From assembly GCF_006345805.1 (NCBI RefSeq), contig NC_043012.1, forward strand, positions 38,998,001 to 39,062,000: DNA of 64,000 nucleotides, in the 5' to 3' direction. Below are positions 62,955 through 64,000 of the stretch, in pieces. The notes below the pieces were generated by a model, which was not told the origin of the DNA, searched no databases, and saw only the letters and a list, made by a program, of their open reading frames with translations. Position 1 is the first letter of the stretch, and each line of letters starts with the position of its first letter. Source of the stretch: Octopus sinensis. Lineage: Eukaryota. Position numbers and translations under genes: made by a program.

Positions 62955-63335
62955 TGGAAACACTCCGTCGGTTACGACGATGAGGGTTCCGGTTGATCCG
63001 ATCAACGGAACAGCCTGCTCGTGAAATTAACGTGTAAGTGGCTGAGCACTCCACAGACACGTGTACCCTTAACGTAGTTCTCGGGGATATTCAGCGTGAC
63101 ACTGAGAGTGACAAGGCCGGCCCTTTGAAATACAGGTACAACAGAAACAGGAAGTAAGAGTGAGAGAAGTGTGGTGAAAGAGTACACGCAGGGATCACCA
63201 CCATCCCCTGCCGGAGCCTCGTGGAGCTTTAGGTGTTTTCGCTCAATAAACACTCACAACGCCCGGTCTGGGAATCGAAACCGCGATCCTATGACCACGA
63301 GTCCGCTGCCCTAACGACTGGGCCATTGCGCTCTA
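62955..63335 (-). mobile_element. tRNA-derived SINE family C, copy 1
   Basis: Minus-strand head GCGCAATGGCCCAGTCGTTAGGGCAGCGGACTCGTGG...GGTTTCGATTCCC; hairpin tail TTCCGTTGAT/ATCAACCGGAA; ends in (TA)n. Confidence 0.9.
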
Positions 63336-63445
63336 TACTATATACATATACATATATATATATATATATATATAATATATATATATAATTATATATATAT
63401 ATGTATATATATATATTATATATTATATATATATATATACATATA

Positions 63446-63829
63446 TGGAAACACTCCGTCGGTTACGACGATGAGGGTTCCGGTTGATCCGAATCAACGG
63501 AACAGCCTGCTCGTGAAATTAACGTGTAAGTGGCTGAGCACTCCACAGACACGTGTACCCTTAACGTAGTTCTCGGGGATATTCAGCGTGACACTGAGAG
63601 TGACAAGGCCGGCCCTTTGAAATACAGGTACAACAGAAACAGGAAGTAAGAGTGAGAGAAAGTTGTGGTGAAAGAGTACAGCAGGGATCACCACCATCCC
63701 CTGCCGGAGCCTCGTGGAGCTTTAGGTGTTTTCGCTCAATAAACACTCACAACGCCCGGTCTGGGAATCGAAACCGCGATCCTATGACCACGAGTCCGCT
63801 GCCCTAACGACTGGGCCATTGCGCCTCTA

Positions 63830-63830
<1 letters not shown>
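63446..63830 (-). mobile_element. tRNA-derived SINE family C, copy 2 (tandem duplicate)
   Basis: Differs from copy 1 only by single-base indels. Confidence 0.9.

Positions 63831-64000
<170 letters not shown>

Noticed and set aside
63255-63335. tRNA-like sequences (also 29290-29364 and the SINE A/B heads) as tRNA genes
   Set aside because: No closed acceptor stem or T-run terminator; they continue into SINE bodies.

Overview
Eukaryotic, AT-rich, non-coding DNA saturated with simple repeats ((TA)n, (TG)n, (TATG)n, (GATA)n, (AAT)n, (ACT)n). The SINE families resemble, from my memory and without any search, those of Octopus, so the source is probably an octopod cephalopod (inference). I found no convincing host protein-coding exon, and almost all of the supplied ORFs are microsatellite read-throughs. 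The real coding remnants all belong to transposons: a 5'-truncated, otherwise nearly intact Tx1/L1-clade LINE (50415-53260), an R4/Dong-clade LINE 3' part (30079-31064), RTE fragments, and mariner, Merlin and hAT transposase relics. Many tRNA-derived SINEs and MITEs are also present. Two patterns stand out. (1) Several unrelated short repeat families carry minimal type I hammerhead-ribozyme folds with palindromic stem III (21282, 37848, 48923, and a variant-core family at 6388/11226/36217), arranged as inverted and partial-tandem copies typical of Penelope-like elements or retrozymes. (2) Three LINE clades each sit inside a different microsatellite class, with a 14-bp TSD for the Tx1 copy in (ATCT)n. 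All folds and alignments were done by eye, and ribozyme activity is untested.
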